Origin: Escherichia phage HMD-9
DNA: 64,000 nt
Direction: 5' to 3' (one strand)
Sequence record: PV287714.1
The notes beneath the pieces are model-generated. The model searched no databases, was not told where the DNA came from, and saw nothing but the letters and a program-made list of their open reading frames with translations. The position numbers and the translations under genes are program-made. Below, in pieces: positions 28,331 to 38,488 of this stretch. How positions within the stretch are numbered: the first letter of the stretch is position 1; each line of letters begins with the position of its first letter.

Positions 28331-29290
28331 TCACTTCCACTGCATTTCGCATGCCAATTGAATGAAAAGATATGCTAAATGTAATTCCGTATTAGCCGCA
28401 ATTCCATGATACTGGTTATTTTCACCAACAATTTCATACATACGAATAATACTTTGCGGAGTTACGCGTGTATAAATTTCTTCGGCAAGTTTACCTACGA
28501 ACCACGAATAATCAGCCGCATATTTTGGTGCTAAAGCTCTGAGTTGTTTAACATCTTTATTTTTGAGAGACTCAAGAACATCATCAATAGCACCACGATC
28601 GTTAGTAACCAGTGATAAAATACCAGCATCCAAAACACCTTTAGATGAATAACTATCGAGCTCGCCGATAGTTTTACGAAAATCAGGAAAATTCTTTTTA
28701 ACCAAAGCTGCTACAACTTTCATATCAGCTATAGCAATTCCTTCACGCTTACAGATTTCAGTCAATCGACGAATCATCTGCTTCATCATTTCAATTTTAT
28801 CTTCATCGGTCGGTTGACCGAACGTAATAACTCGGCAGCGTGACTGAAGCGGTTTAATAATACCATCAATATTGTTAGCAGTAATAATAATACTACAGTT
28901 TGAACTATAAGCTTCCATAAAGGAACGAAGATGTCGCTGAGACTCTGCTAATCCTGAACGGTCAAATTCATCAATGACGATTACTTTTTGACGACCATCA
29001 AATGAAGCTGCACTAGCAAAATTAGTCAAAGGACCACGAACGAAATCAATTTTACAATCTGACCCATTCACAAACATCATATCAGCATTTACATCATGAC
29101 ACAATGCTTTTGCTACGGTTGTTTTACCTGTTCCTGGAGAAGGAGAATGAAGAATAATATGTGGAATCTTACCTTTACTTGTAATAGATTTAAAGGTTTC
29201 TTTATCAAAGGAGGGAAGAATACATTCATCGATAGTAGATGGACGATATTTCTGTTCAAGAATGTGTTCTTTTTCATTTACAGTAATCAT
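28331..29290 (-). CDS. 44: clamp loader ATPase gp44
   Basis: Track ORF trimmed to MITVNEKEH (GAGGAAA SD) giving 319 aa; Walker A SPGTGKTT. Confidence 0.95.
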   Translation of the reverse strand: MITVNEKEHILEQKYRPSTIDECILPSFDKETFKSITSKGKIPHIILHSPSPGTGKTTVAKALCHDVNADMMFVNGSDCKIDFVRGPLTNFASAASFDGRQKVIVIDEFDRSGLAESQRHLRSFMEAYSSNCSIIITANNIDGIIKPLQSRCRVITFGQPTDEDKIEMMKQMIRRLTEICKREGIAIADMKVVAALVKKNFPDFRKTIGELDSYSSKGVLDAGILSLVTNDRGAIDDVLESLKNKDVKQLRALAPKYAADYSWFVGKLAEEIYTRVTPQSIIRMYEIVGENNQYHGIAANTELHLAYLFIQLACEMQWK

Positions 29291-29324
29291 AATTTCCTCA
29301 TTCAAGTTTTAGTGCAAATTATAA

Positions 29325-29338
29325 AGGGCCGAAGCCCT
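29325..29338 (-). terminator. UUCG-tetraloop GC hairpin between genes 45 and 44
   Basis: agggc-cgaa-gccct. Confidence 0.5.
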
Positions 29339-29341
29339 CTA

Positions 29342-30028
29342 TTAAAAGTCGTGGGTAGAATCAGCTTCAAGAGCTACTACATAATTCGCGTGTTCACCTT
29401 CAAATTTAGCAGCGCCTTGTTTACCTTTTGCCCAGAGCAGAAGTTTATAATTTCCTGGTTGCATTTTCATATTTGCCATATTGATAATGAAATTAAATGT
29501 ATTTTCACCATCATAATCACCAAGAGTCAAAGAATATTTAACACGGGTCAAAGCGGAATCTTCTACTTTATTAAAACCGTTAATTACGATTTTACCTTCT
29601 TTTACTGTGATAGCAATTGTATCAATCTGCAGACCACGAGATACACGCAACAGCTGTTGAAGGTCTTCAGCTTTAATTTCAGTAACAACAGATGCTACCG
29701 GGAATGGAATTGGTTTATTAGGAGCAACTACTGTACTCGGATCGGCTGCCGGCCAAAAAATTGTTGAACGGGCATCAGCAATTTTAATATTACCATCTTC
29801 TGACTGGGAAATTTCTGCATCATCATTAACTAGAGACAGAATACCGAGAAAACCGTTCAAATCGTAAATTGCTACATCAAAATCAATAGTGTCAGAAATA
29901 TTTGCTTCCGCATAAGTTGTACCATTAACCGCGCGAGTCATAATAAATTGACCGGATTTAAGCATAATACCAGAGTTAATAGTAGCGAAATTTTTAAGCA
30001 GAGCAGTAGTATCTTTAGACAGTTTCAT
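29342..30028 (-). CDS. 45: sliding clamp gp45
   Basis: 228-aa track ORF; matches T4 gp45. Confidence 0.95.
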   Translation of the reverse strand: MKLSKDTTALLKNFATINSGIMLKSGQFIMTRAVNGTTYAEANISDTIDFDVAIYDLNGFLGILSLVNDDAEISQSEDGNIKIADARSTIFWPAADPSTVVAPNKPIPFPVASVVTEIKAEDLQQLLRVSRGLQIDTIAITVKEGKIVINGFNKVEDSALTRVKYSLTLGDYDGENTFNFIINMANMKMQPGNYKLLLWAKGKQGAAKFEGEHANYVVALEADSTHDF

Positions 30029-30056
30029 GTAATTTCCTTCAATTCAAATGAGATTT

Positions 30057-30082
30057 AATTTTATAACTAATTTAATAAAGCA
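30057..30082 (-). promoter_or_regulatory. MotA-dependent middle promoter for gene 45
   Basis: Minus strand TTGCTTTA, 12 bp, TAAAAT. Confidence 0.5.
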
Positions 30083-30083
30083 A

Positions 30084-30473
30084 TTAACGATTAAAATCAG
30101 CAGCAATTGTTTCCGCAACAATTTGAGCAGCAACAATTAGACGTTCATCTGCATTACCACAATAATCGTCTTCAAGGCGTTCACCACATGAAGTCATAAT
30201 AAATTTAGCACCAGCATTTAGAGATTCTGCCGTATGTTTGCGCATCAGTTCAATCCATTTATCACTCACTTCACGATCGATAGCTTCATAATACGCATGA
30301 CGAGCAGGTGCAGATTTAATTTTGTTCTGAATAACTTCCATCGCGTTATCAGAAAGAGACAAAACCCATGCTCGACGAATTTTATTTTGGTTTTGCGGAT
30401 TTGATTCAGAACGCACGTGTTTTGGCTGAATATCTTTTACATCAACAGTATAATTCACAGTAATTTTAGTCAT
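30084..30473 (-). CDS. rpbA: RNA polymerase binding protein RpbA
   Basis: 129-aa track ORF downstream of gene 45. Confidence 0.8.
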   Translation of the reverse strand: MTKITVNYTVDVKDIQPKHVRSESNPQNQNKIRRAWVLSLSDNAMEVIQNKIKSAPARHAYYEAIDREVSDKWIELMRKHTAESLNAGAKFIMTSCGERLEDDYCGNADERLIVAAQIVAETIAADFNR

Positions 30474-30482
30474 AATACACCT

Positions 30483-30671
30483 TTAGTCATAATAATCAGT
30501 AACAGTCCAAGCTTCATTCCTGTTGGACATTATTTTCGTATATTCTGATTTAAATGCATTCTTAAGCATAGATTCAGTAACTATATGCTCTTCATTAGAA
30601 AAATTATTTCTCAGAATATATCGTTTTATTTCAGGAATAGTTAATAGATGCTGTCCAGTTGAATATTCCAT
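30483..30671 (-). CDS. hypothetical small protein
   Basis: 62-aa track ORF. Confidence 0.45.
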   Translation of the reverse strand: MEYSTGQHLLTIPEIKRYILRNNFSNEEHIVTESMLKNAFKSEYTKIMSNRNEAWTVTDYYD

Positions 30672-30726
30672 GTTTTTCCTCCATAGAGATTATACTCTAA
30701 TAAATTAAAGCATAATCTCTTATAAA

Positions 30727-32409
30727 TTAAACCATTACAGTAAATCGACCGACTTTCTTCATTTGAAGATGCTGACCATATTCTTGCGGGTCATGGTCTT
30801 TATGCGAAATTATAAAAACATTAGTATTTTTCATTGAATTTATAATATTAGCTACGCCTTTAATACCTTCGGCATCAAATGACCCATCAAATACTTCATC
30901 AAGAATTAATGTACTAATACTAACACCAGATACGATAGAAGCAATATCACGCCAAGTAAATAAAAGAGCAATATCGATTCGTGCTTTTTCACCTTCACTA
31001 AATGAAGCATAACTAAAATCTTCACGACCACGTGATTTAATTGTCTCATTAAATTCTTCATCTAATGTAAACACATAATCCGCTTCCATTATTTTAAGAT
31101 AATGGTTAATCTGCTTATTAAATAATGGAATGTACTTTTTAATAATAGCACCTTTAATACCAGAATCTTTGAGCATGTCAGTCAAAATTCCTCTGTGGTA
31201 TTTTTCCATTACTAAATTAGTTTTCGTCTTAACAATTTTATCAAGTTCTTCTTGAAGCAGTGCTATTTCATCAGCATGGTCAATAAACTCGGATGATGCT
31301 TTTTCTATAGCCGCTTTAACCTTTTTAGCTTTATCTACCGTCGTGATTAAGGATTGCTTTTTATTGCGAATATCATTCGCCAACGTCTGCTGGGTTTTAA
31401 TATTATCTCGGTATTCGTCAACAAGAACTTTTAAATTATCACGATGTGTTGAAAGCTGTTCAAACGAATGCGTGCATTCAGAAACTTTATCTTTAATTTT
31501 AGAAACAACTTTATCACCGGAACTTAACTGCGACAAACAAGTTGGACATAATCCACCTTCGTGATACATATTAATGACTTTATTATACGAGTCAATTTTT
31601 GATTTAATTAAAAATGCTTCTTGACCGATTTTATTAAATGCATCAGTTGGGTCTTCATCTAAAACAATATTAACTAATCTTTCATTAGCTTCTTCTATTT
31701 CCGATTTTAGCGTTCTAGCTTCTTTTGCCAAATCGTCATACATATTCTGCAGACGAGTAAGGTTTTCACCAGACAATTTTTTCTGGCGTTCAACATTATC
31801 GTTATATATTTTAATTTGTTGGATAATACTATCTTTTTTAACATCAAGCACTTGATTTTGTGAATTTAATTCACGTATTAGTGCTTTATTAAGCTTATCC
31901 ATTTCAGCTAATGTTCCTACCTCGAGCAGGTCTTCGACGAGTTTTCTTCTTGCAGGAGTGGATAGGCCCATGAAAGGGGTATATCCAGCCGTGCCGAGTA
32001 CGACGATCTGTTTGAAACTGGCGTATGACATTCCGATAAGCTGTTCAAATTCTGCTTGGAAATCTTTACTGCTGGCAGATTCATTAAGACGTGTACCGTT
32101 AACGGTGATTTCGAAAACATTTGGTTTTTGTCCTCTTTTGATATAGTACTTTTTCTCATCATATTCCATCCACAGTTCAACTAAAAGCTCTTTCTTATTT
32201 GTGCTGTTTATTAATTGGCCTTTCTTTACATCACGGAATGGCTTGCCAAAAAGCCCAAATGTGATGGCTTCTAACATAGTAGACTTACCACCACCATTTC
32301 GTCCAGTAATAAGAGTTTTTTGAACCTTATCTAATTGAATGTCAATAGGATTTCCACCTACTGACATTATATTTTGATACCTAACTCGGTTTAGTTTAAA
32401 ATTCTTCAC
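30727..32409 (-). CDS. 46: recombination endonuclease subunit gp46 (Rad50/SbcC-like)
   Basis: 560-aa track ORF; Walker A GRNGGGKST, coiled coil, CPTC zinc hook. Confidence 0.95.
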   Translation of the reverse strand: MKNFKLNRVRYQNIMSVGGNPIDIQLDKVQKTLITGRNGGGKSTMLEAITFGLFGKPFRDVKKGQLINSTNKKELLVELWMEYDEKKYYIKRGQKPNVFEITVNGTRLNESASSKDFQAEFEQLIGMSYASFKQIVVLGTAGYTPFMGLSTPARRKLVEDLLEVGTLAEMDKLNKALIRELNSQNQVLDVKKDSIIQQIKIYNDNVERQKKLSGENLTRLQNMYDDLAKEARTLKSEIEEANERLVNIVLDEDPTDAFNKIGQEAFLIKSKIDSYNKVINMYHEGGLCPTCLSQLSSGDKVVSKIKDKVSECTHSFEQLSTHRDNLKVLVDEYRDNIKTQQTLANDIRNKKQSLITTVDKAKKVKAAIEKASSEFIDHADEIALLQEELDKIVKTKTNLVMEKYHRGILTDMLKDSGIKGAIIKKYIPLFNKQINHYLKIMEADYVFTLDEEFNETIKSRGREDFSYASFSEGEKARIDIALLFTWRDIASIVSGVSISTLILDEVFDGSFDAEGIKGVANIINSMKNTNVFIISHKDHDPQEYGQHLQMKKVGRFTVMV

Positions 32410-32669
32410 AAAAGATTCCTTTTAATGTATCTTTTAGACCATTCTATCATATCATCATAATCTAAAAAGTATTCATCAAATTCAGCCATGCAAACAACAC
32501 CTTGTGCTGCTTTTGATGTGATATAAATTATTCCAACATATCTAGAATCTTCTTCGGTGTAATCAATATTTGCTATGAATTCATCGTTAATGTCAAATGT
32601 CGAAAACTTCACAGTATGCATCCTTAATACAAGATACAGCCATATCTTGTAATGATTTAGGTGTGTCAT
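32406..32669 (-). CDS. hypothetical small protein
   Basis: 87-aa track ORF; true start possibly internal Met. Confidence 0.45.
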   Translation of the reverse strand: MTHLNHYKIWLYLVLRMHTVKFSTFDINDEFIANIDYTEEDSRYVGIIYITSKAAQGVVCMAEFDEYFLDYDDMIEWSKRYIKRNLL

Positions 32670-32856
32670 TATCTAAAATGTTGAAGTTAAAAGATACCGC
32701 CCAGTCAGTGCAGACCGTGACCTTTTTAATACAATTATCTTCAACCTCTAGTGGTTCAAACCAATATTCAATAATTTCTTTATGCCCAATATCATCTTTT
32801 ACTTCGCATTCAAAATGCTGACTCATCATAACATTTTTAAATTCATCAAAAGTCAT
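32593..32856 (-). CDS. hypothetical small protein
   Basis: 87-aa track ORF. Confidence 0.5.
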   Translation of the reverse strand: MTFDEFKNVMMSQHFECEVKDDIGHKEIIEYWFEPLEVEDNCIKKVTVCTDWAVSFNFNILDNDTPKSLQDMAVSCIKDAYCEVFDI

Positions 32857-33872
32857 TGTGTTGCCTCTACATATAACTGATTTGCATATTGAATAAGTGC
32901 TTCACGGTCAGAATCAGTGATGTCTGGAATTGCATTAATGTATTCTTCCATCAACGTCTGAAGAGATTGAACTTCAACTTCTTCACTATCATCTGACTCG
33001 ACAGAGTTATCAATCTTTGACACAACTCGTAATGAATGCACAACTTTTTCTAGTTCAGATTCGAACTTCGTTAGATTTTTGTCTACTTCAGTTACTATAA
33101 CACGTACTGATAGATTTGTAAAATCTTTATAGTCAATTTTTCCCTTAAATGGATATTGAATTCGACGATGCCAGGTAGTGTTGTTTGGAATAAATTCCAT
33201 TCGTTCTGTTTCTGTATCAAACATCCAGAACCCACGAGGGTCATTCTCGTCACCTGCAGTTAGTGTCCATGGTGTCCCAATATATCTGACGTTAGCAGCC
33301 TCAGAGATAGTATGGAAGTGACCAGACCACACTTCTTTGTAAGTCTTAAGGAAATCAGGTTCAAGACCGTGAGATTTCATTCCTTTATAAAAATAAAATC
33401 CATTCAGTTCCCAGTGACCGACACAAAAAGAAGCAGATGAAGTTTTAATATGTTCAAGAATTTCACCGGTATTTTCTTCACACATCCAAGGAATTAAATC
33501 AATCAAACATCCGTCAAAATCTACAGTAGTAGGCTTATCATATACTTTAACATTAGGATATTTAGCCAAAAGCTCAGTAGAAGCATTTGGATGCATTACA
33601 TTTTTGTAGTGAAGATCGTGATTTCCTACAATAGTATGTAATGTGATTCCAGCGTCATCAAGCATTTGAACTATTTCACGGGCGAATTCCATAGTTTTAT
33701 GTGTGATTGCTTTTCGCACATCAAAAATATCACCATATTGAATCCATACAGTAATTCCATTTTTCTTAGAATATTCTATCGCTTGCTTAATTCCATCAAT
33801 TTGAATACCGCGAATCCACTCATCATCAGCTTTAACGCCTAAATGCCAATCACCCAAGTTTAGTATTTTCAT
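32853..33872 (-). CDS. 47: recombination endonuclease subunit gp47 (Mre11/SbcD-like)
   Basis: 339-aa track ORF; phosphoesterase motifs GDWH, GNHD. Confidence 0.95.
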   Translation of the reverse strand: MKILNLGDWHLGVKADDEWIRGIQIDGIKQAIEYSKKNGITVWIQYGDIFDVRKAITHKTMEFAREIVQMLDDAGITLHTIVGNHDLHYKNVMHPNASTELLAKYPNVKVYDKPTTVDFDGCLIDLIPWMCEENTGEILEHIKTSSASFCVGHWELNGFYFYKGMKSHGLEPDFLKTYKEVWSGHFHTISEAANVRYIGTPWTLTAGDENDPRGFWMFDTETERMEFIPNNTTWHRRIQYPFKGKIDYKDFTNLSVRVIVTEVDKNLTKFESELEKVVHSLRVVSKIDNSVESDDSEEVEVQSLQTLMEEYINAIPDITDSDREALIQYANQLYVEATQ

Positions 33873-34473
33873 GGTGTCTTTTCCATCCTAATTTAGCTGC
33901 TTTTGAAACCAGTTCTTTAATTTTTCCTTTTGTCCATTCAGGACCAGGAGGTTCATGACATAACATTTGCTTAACTCCGTTATTATACCATTTTTTACCT
34001 TTATTATGTGATGAAGCTTTAAATTTATTTGACCTTCCTTTTACATAACCTTCTGGAATATAAGGCAAAAAGGCAGATTTTCCTGTTAATGGATCATGTG
34101 AATGTATATTTCCTTTACAATTATGAGAACCATATAATGGATGATTTTGTCCTTTATTATCTCTTCCAAATGAACCTTTTGGAGCAGCATATGACATATT
34201 AAAGAATAATGGATTTTTAACTGCATCATGCAATCGTTGATAATATAACTCGCATTTAATAGCTTCTTCACGCGTATCAAATTCAGCTAAAATGCATGAA
34301 TCAAATAAGTGAGGATTATCTGAAAGCTCTTTATTATAAATTTTCTTATACTTTTTAGATAAAACTGAACCATGATATCCAGCTAAATGCCTATCTAAAG
34401 ACGTAGATCCAATATAAAAAGGAGGAAGTTTATCTCCACTATATATTGTTAAATAAGTTATATATTTTTTCAT
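33850..34473 (-). CDS. GIY-YIG homing endonuclease (Seg-like), free-standing
   Basis: 207-aa track ORF; N-terminal YITYLTIYSGDKLPPFYIGSTS GIY-(9-10)-YIG motif; overlaps gene 47 start by 23 nt. Confidence 0.7.
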   Translation of the reverse strand: MKKYITYLTIYSGDKLPPFYIGSTSLDRHLAGYHGSVLSKKYKKIYNKELSDNPHLFDSCILAEFDTREEAIKCELYYQRLHDAVKNPLFFNMSYAAPKGSFGRDNKGQNHPLYGSHNCKGNIHSHDPLTGKSAFLPYIPEGYVKGRSNKFKASSHNKGKKWYNNGVKQMLCHEPPGPEWTKGKIKELVSKAAKLGWKRHHENTKLG

Positions 34474-34610
34474 ATATCAAGAACCGTCATTGAAATGCAA
34501 AATAAAATTATTGAAATAAATCCATCTGGAGTGCTAAAGAACCCAATCCAACATGCTCTAGTGAATAGATAAAATGCGAGAAAAAGTATCACATATCCAA
34601 GAAATATCAT
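34470..34610 (-). CDS. small hydrophobic peptide, 46 aa
   Basis: ORF below track cutoff with GGAG SD; stop overlaps seg ATG (ATGA); AT-rich so may be chance. Confidence 0.25.
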   Translation of the reverse strand: MIFLGYVILFLAFYLFTRACWIGFFSTPDGFISIILFCISMTVLDI

Positions 34611-34633
34611 TATATCAAACTCCGTATAAAGCT

Positions 34634-34651
34634 AAAGGGCCGAAGCCCTTT
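34634..34651 (-). terminator. UUCG-tetraloop GC hairpin overlapping alpha-gt stop codon
   Basis: aaagggc-cgaa-gcccttt. Confidence 0.5.
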
Positions 34652-35852
34652 ATTTTGTAATAATGTCAAACTGCTCTTTAAAGCAGAAGCTTGAATCTTG
34701 ATGCTGATACAAAAATTCATAAGCTTTTTCACGTTCACGGTCATAAAGAGCTCGGTCAGATGACAGTTCTTTAATACGTTCAAATGTTGATTCCATGTCA
34801 TTTTCATCAAACCAAACGATACCGCTATCATGAGAAATTAATGGAGTATTATCAACACGGAATTTTAAATTTTCGCCCGTAGATTTCCAAAATACTGGAA
34901 TTGTTCCACATGCACCAAGCTCGAGATGAGTATATTCTAAAGAACGTTGTAGATATTTTTTATCTAATTTACTCAGCTGATAGCCAAATCCGGATTTACT
35001 CATGCGTTCAAGCATTTCGCTATTTACGTAACGGTCAAGAATTTGCGTTGGCAAATTAGGAGCAATTTTAATTTGGTCTACTTGATGAAGACGATAATAC
35101 TCGTATGGAATTCCTTTTTCTTTAATAGGAATGAATGCTGGAGAACGTTCCAGACCTTCCATAATAGTACTTAGTCCTGCAGGTTTAAGATGTTTTTCAT
35201 GAAAATCAAACATCTGATAAAAGCCTTTCCATGTAGTAGTACGACCAATCCAACGGTTGATATTCATGTTAATTTCAGAAACATCTTTCCAGTAGGTTGA
35301 TCGAACCTTCGCAATATCCATAGGAGGCTGAAAGTTATATACGGTCGGTGCTTCTTCAATATCATCAAACAGAGAAACAGTTTCCGGATACCATTCTTTC
35401 ATCAAAACTTTATTAAAGTCACCATTATCAGAATGGCTAAAAATAACATCAGCTCGACGAACAGTTTCTTCTAATCCCAAATTTCGACGCAAAGAAAGAG
35501 AAGAATGGTCATGCTGATAAACTACAACACGAACCGAAGGTTTAATGTTATCAATAATTTTTTTATAGTTATTAATGGTGTCTTCTTCTACTGAAGTAGC
35601 AGGAACTGAATTGATAATTAAAATATCGCAATCATTTACCAGTTTAAGTGTTTTATCGTATTCTTTTGCCAATAAAACCGGAATTGAAAATGACTTATAA
35701 TCATGTGCGCAATTACGAGTAAATGATTTATCTTTAGCATAAACCAAAGTTACTTCATGACCATTTTTAATAAACCAATCACGTTGCTCAAGAGAAAATT
35801 TAGTTACACCGCAACCTTCAAGACCTCGAGCCATAAAAATACATACTTTCAT
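34650..35852 (-). CDS. agt: DNA alpha-glucosyltransferase
   Basis: 400-aa track ORF, MKVCIFMARGLEGCGVTKF...; matches T4 AGT. Confidence 0.95.
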   Translation of the reverse strand: MKVCIFMARGLEGCGVTKFSLEQRDWFIKNGHEVTLVYAKDKSFTRNCAHDYKSFSIPVLLAKEYDKTLKLVNDCDILIINSVPATSVEEDTINNYKKIIDNIKPSVRVVVYQHDHSSLSLRRNLGLEETVRRADVIFSHSDNGDFNKVLMKEWYPETVSLFDDIEEAPTVYNFQPPMDIAKVRSTYWKDVSEINMNINRWIGRTTTWKGFYQMFDFHEKHLKPAGLSTIMEGLERSPAFIPIKEKGIPYEYYRLHQVDQIKIAPNLPTQILDRYVNSEMLERMSKSGFGYQLSKLDKKYLQRSLEYTHLELGACGTIPVFWKSTGENLKFRVDNTPLISHDSGIVWFDENDMESTFERIKELSSDRALYDREREKAYEFLYQHQDSSFCFKEQFDIITK

Positions 35853-35876
35853 TTAATATCCTCATTGTTTTGGTTT

Positions 35877-35901
35877 ATTTTACCAAAAATTTATAAAGCA
35901 A
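35877..35901 (-). promoter_or_regulatory. MotA-dependent middle promoter for alpha-gt
   Basis: Minus strand TTGCTTTA, 11 bp, TAAAAT. Confidence 0.5.
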
Positions 35902-35902
35902 T

Positions 35903-35922
35903 ATAGGAGCCGAAGCTCCTAT
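35903..35922 (-). terminator. UUCG-tetraloop hairpin
   Basis: ataggagc-cgaa-gctcctat overlapping stop of upstream small ORF. Confidence 0.5.
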
Positions 35923-36092
35923 CCGCATAATACGCCATACAGAGGCTCATTAGAGCTTCTAAATTTTATACGCTTATATGTTATAGTTCCTTCTGCTTTA
36001 GCTTTATCATGAGACTCTTTAAAGCGTCTCATCATTTCTACTTTAGAGGAACGAATTTTATTATAATCTATTTCAGAAGTCTGGGTGTTCAT
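35919..36092 (-). CDS. hypothetical small protein, 57 aa
   Basis: ORF below track cutoff, ATG 3 nt after stop of upstream ORF. Confidence 0.35.
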   Translation of the reverse strand: MNTQTSEIDYNKIRSSKVEMMRRFKESHDKAKAEGTITYKRIKFRSSNEPLYGVLCG

Positions 36093-36095
36093 CTT

Positions 36096-36302
36096 TCACA
36101 GTTGCCACCATTTTTTGACTTGATAAGAATCAACCCACACTTTCATATTAGGGTCTGCTCTTACAATAGGAGGATTAACTTCTTTAATTGAACTATCATG
36201 GTATTCTTTTTCAGAAATTTTCACGCAAAGATGACCATTCAAAGATTCAGTAAATCCTGCATTAATTTTAAGACGCTTGAATTTTACGCGTGTAAGCATC
36301 AA
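36096..36302 (-). CDS. hypothetical small protein
   Basis: 68-aa track ORF (TTG start in track; ATG one codon in). Confidence 0.4.
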   Translation of the reverse strand: MMLTRVKFKRLKINAGFTESLNGHLCVKISEKEYHDSSIKEVNPPIVRADPNMKVWVDSYQVKKWWQL

Positions 36303-36585
36303 TCATATCCTCAATCTGCGATCTAGTAGTCTTCCAAAGAATACTAATGAGTTCATCGTTATATGGCTGTTTTAGAATATCCCGACTTTTCTTGATAGCA
36401 TATTCGTATTGAGCGAAATTATTGTTTTCAGCTGCAATCTGAGCGTGCTTATAAAGACGGTTCAGTTCGCGTTTGTTTTTAGACAATAACTTATTTGCTT
36501 TTCTTTCTGCTTCAAGACGGTTCTTTTCTTCAATAGAAGAAATAAGCTTTTCCACTTCATCATTAATTTCGGGTTTATCAGTCAT
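36268..36585 (-). CDS. hypothetical protein
   Basis: 105-aa track ORF. Confidence 0.5.
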   Translation of the reverse strand: MTDKPEINDEVEKLISSIEEKNRLEAERKANKLLSKNKRELNRLYKHAQIAAENNNFAQYEYAIKKSRDILKQPYNDELISILWKTTRSQIEDMIDAYTRKIQAS

Positions 36586-36586
36586 A

Positions 36587-36805
36587 TTATTTCTCTAATA
36601 TAAAATAAAAATCATCATCTGTTAAATGATACCGATAGTTTAATTCTACACCATTAGATTTAAAAGCGGTATCATACGGATTTTCTGGATCAATATCAAT
36701 GTCAAGAGCTAAAACTTCCCTGAGATACATTTTAAGTAAATAGGGAATAGCTTCAACTTCAGGTATTTCTTCCAAGAATCCGGAGAGGTTAATCGTTAGC
36801 CTCAT
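36587..36805 (-). CDS. hypothetical small protein
   Basis: 72-aa track ORF overlapping gene 55 end. Confidence 0.45.
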
Positions 36806-37346
36806 ATAAAAAATCCAAACTAGGAGAATCGTCTACAACACTTTTCTTTTCAGCCCCTGGTGTTCTATAGGTTGATTCTTCGTAATGCGTCATTTTATCG
36901 TAGATGTCTTGAATAAAAGTTTCATCTACTAACGCAACCATATCGTCGTCACGACTGTCATAGACATTGTGAACGAAGTAACTGTATTTCTTTGCAACTT
37001 CCTTACGTTCTTTTTTAATACGTTGGACGAATGCATTAAAACAAGCTTGAGTTATATATGCATGTGGGTTTTTATATTTCGTTTCATCAAAATTATGAAG
37101 CCCCTTAATAGAAGCTTCTATACCATCTGCAATCATTTCTTGTTTCCAGGATTGGGTGTATCCTGAAAAGTTGAAACGTTTAGATAAGCCTTCTGCAATA
37201 AGCATAATGGCTAATCCGATAGTATCATTCTGACGAACTACTTTATTTGGGTCTTTATTATTTGCTAATTCTGTTTTCCAATCAATAATAGCTTGTAAAA
37301 GCTCTTTATTGTTTACGTAATTATATTTAGGCTTAGTTTCTGACAT
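36789..37346 (-). CDS. 55: late sigma factor gp55
   Basis: Track ORF trimmed to ATG ([13 protein letters not shown]) with AAGAGGTG SD; 185 aa as in T4. Confidence 0.93.
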
Positions 37347-37424
37347 TTTCACCTCTTAGCTCAATTCATAGATCTATTATATCATAATATTTGAAGATCT
37401 ATCTTAAAGCATAGAGGATATCAG

Positions 37425-37694
37425 TTATCTAAGTAAACAGTATGCTTGGAACACTTTCTCCATCATCTTTTTAAATTCATGAATATCTATGTAATGACTA
37501 GTTAAATCAGCATGATATAAAAAGTCTAAAAACTTTTCATGTGTGCTAACATATTCACTTTCATTTAATTCAGAAACATGGCTTTCCCAATATCCAACAC
37601 CAGTCTTATTTGGGAAAAATGAAATTTTCATATATTGGTCAACATAGAAAATTCCATAATTTTCAATAGTAATAGAAATATTAATAAATTTCAT
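37425..37694 (-). CDS. hypothetical protein
   Basis: 89-aa track ORF. Confidence 0.45.
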   Translation of the reverse strand: MKFINISITIENYGIFYVDQYMKISFFPNKTGVGYWESHVSELNESEYVSTHEKFLDFLYHADLTSHYIDIHEFKKMMEKVFQAYCLLR

Positions 37695-37906
37695 ACATTC
37701 ATCAACTTAGCCGCTTCAAGAGCTGCATCTAGTGAATCAAATTGGTCAACGTATTCAATCAATTCGCCATAATTAGCGTATAACCACCATTGGCTAAATT
37801 CATACTCAAGGATGAATCCATTTCCTTCAATTTGAGTTAAACCAATGCCATTTGTATTTACTTCGTATCCGGCAAGACGCAAATCATTGATAAGAGATTC
37901 ATTCAT
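37691..37906 (-). CDS. hypothetical small protein
   Basis: 71-aa track ORF. Confidence 0.5.
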   Translation of the reverse strand: MNESLINDLRLAGYEVNTNGIGLTQIEGNGFILEYEFSQWWLYANYGELIEYVDQFDSLDAALEAAKLMNV

Positions 37907-37908
37907 AA

Positions 37909-38235
37909 TTATGCCTTAGTAATTTTCAGATCAGCAAATTTTTTCTTGCGTTGATTTTTCATACGACGAATAGTTTTATCAGAAATTTCATGCTTTTGAT
38001 AAGCTTTAGATTCTACGCCAAAAGCTTTAACATCAAATTCTGACAAGATATATTGAACCAACAATTCACGGACAGTATTGCGTCCAATTTTCTGATCATT
38101 CTGTTTCATCGTCTGATGAAGCTCTTTTTCCCATTTATCCAAAATTTGAGGAGTTACAATATCGCCTTTTTCTAGCAGAGAAACTACTTTATCATATGCG
38201 TAAGAATTGATAGCGTTTTTAATTTGAATAGTCAT
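37909..38235 (-). CDS. hypothetical protein
   Basis: 108-aa track ORF. Confidence 0.5.
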   Translation of the reverse strand: MTIQIKNAINSYAYDKVVSLLEKGDIVTPQILDKWEKELHQTMKQNDQKIGRNTVRELLVQYILSEFDVKAFGVESKAYQKHEISDKTIRRMKNQRKKKFADLKITKA

Positions 38236-38273
38236 ACATTATCCTCAATTGCATTAAAATTTTATTATCCAAA

Positions 38274-38289
38274 AAGGGCCGAAGCCCTT
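38274..38289 (-). terminator. UUCG-tetraloop GC hairpin
   Basis: aagggc-cgaa-gccctt. Confidence 0.5.
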
Positions 38290-38488
38290 ATTTAAATTGT
38301 TTGGCACCCTTCCAGCCTTCGTACATCATTGCGGCTGATATTAATATTGCCCCTGAACAGCTTGAATATTTGTGATTCCAAAACCAGTTCAGAAAAACTT
38401 CGTCATCAATACCTTGGGCTATCATATTTTCAAAGAACTGACGACGAGCTTCGGCAATTCGTTGTGATAATTTAGATTCAGGATTCAT
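38288..38488 (-). CDS. hypothetical small protein
   Basis: 66-aa track ORF. Confidence 0.45.
   Translation of the reverse strand: MNPESKLSQRIAEARRQFFENMIAQGIDDEVFLNWFWNHKYSSCSGAILISAAMMYEGWKGAKQFK

Noticed and set aside
29096-29767. 223-aa plus-strand track ORF
   Set aside because: Entirely antisense to gp44 and gp45, both confidently identified; no ribosome-binding site.
34610-34831. 73-aa minus-strand track ORF
   Set aside because: It overlaps the 3' end of alpha-gt in another frame and is low-complexity; the compact 46-aa ORF at 34470-34610 is the better alternative.
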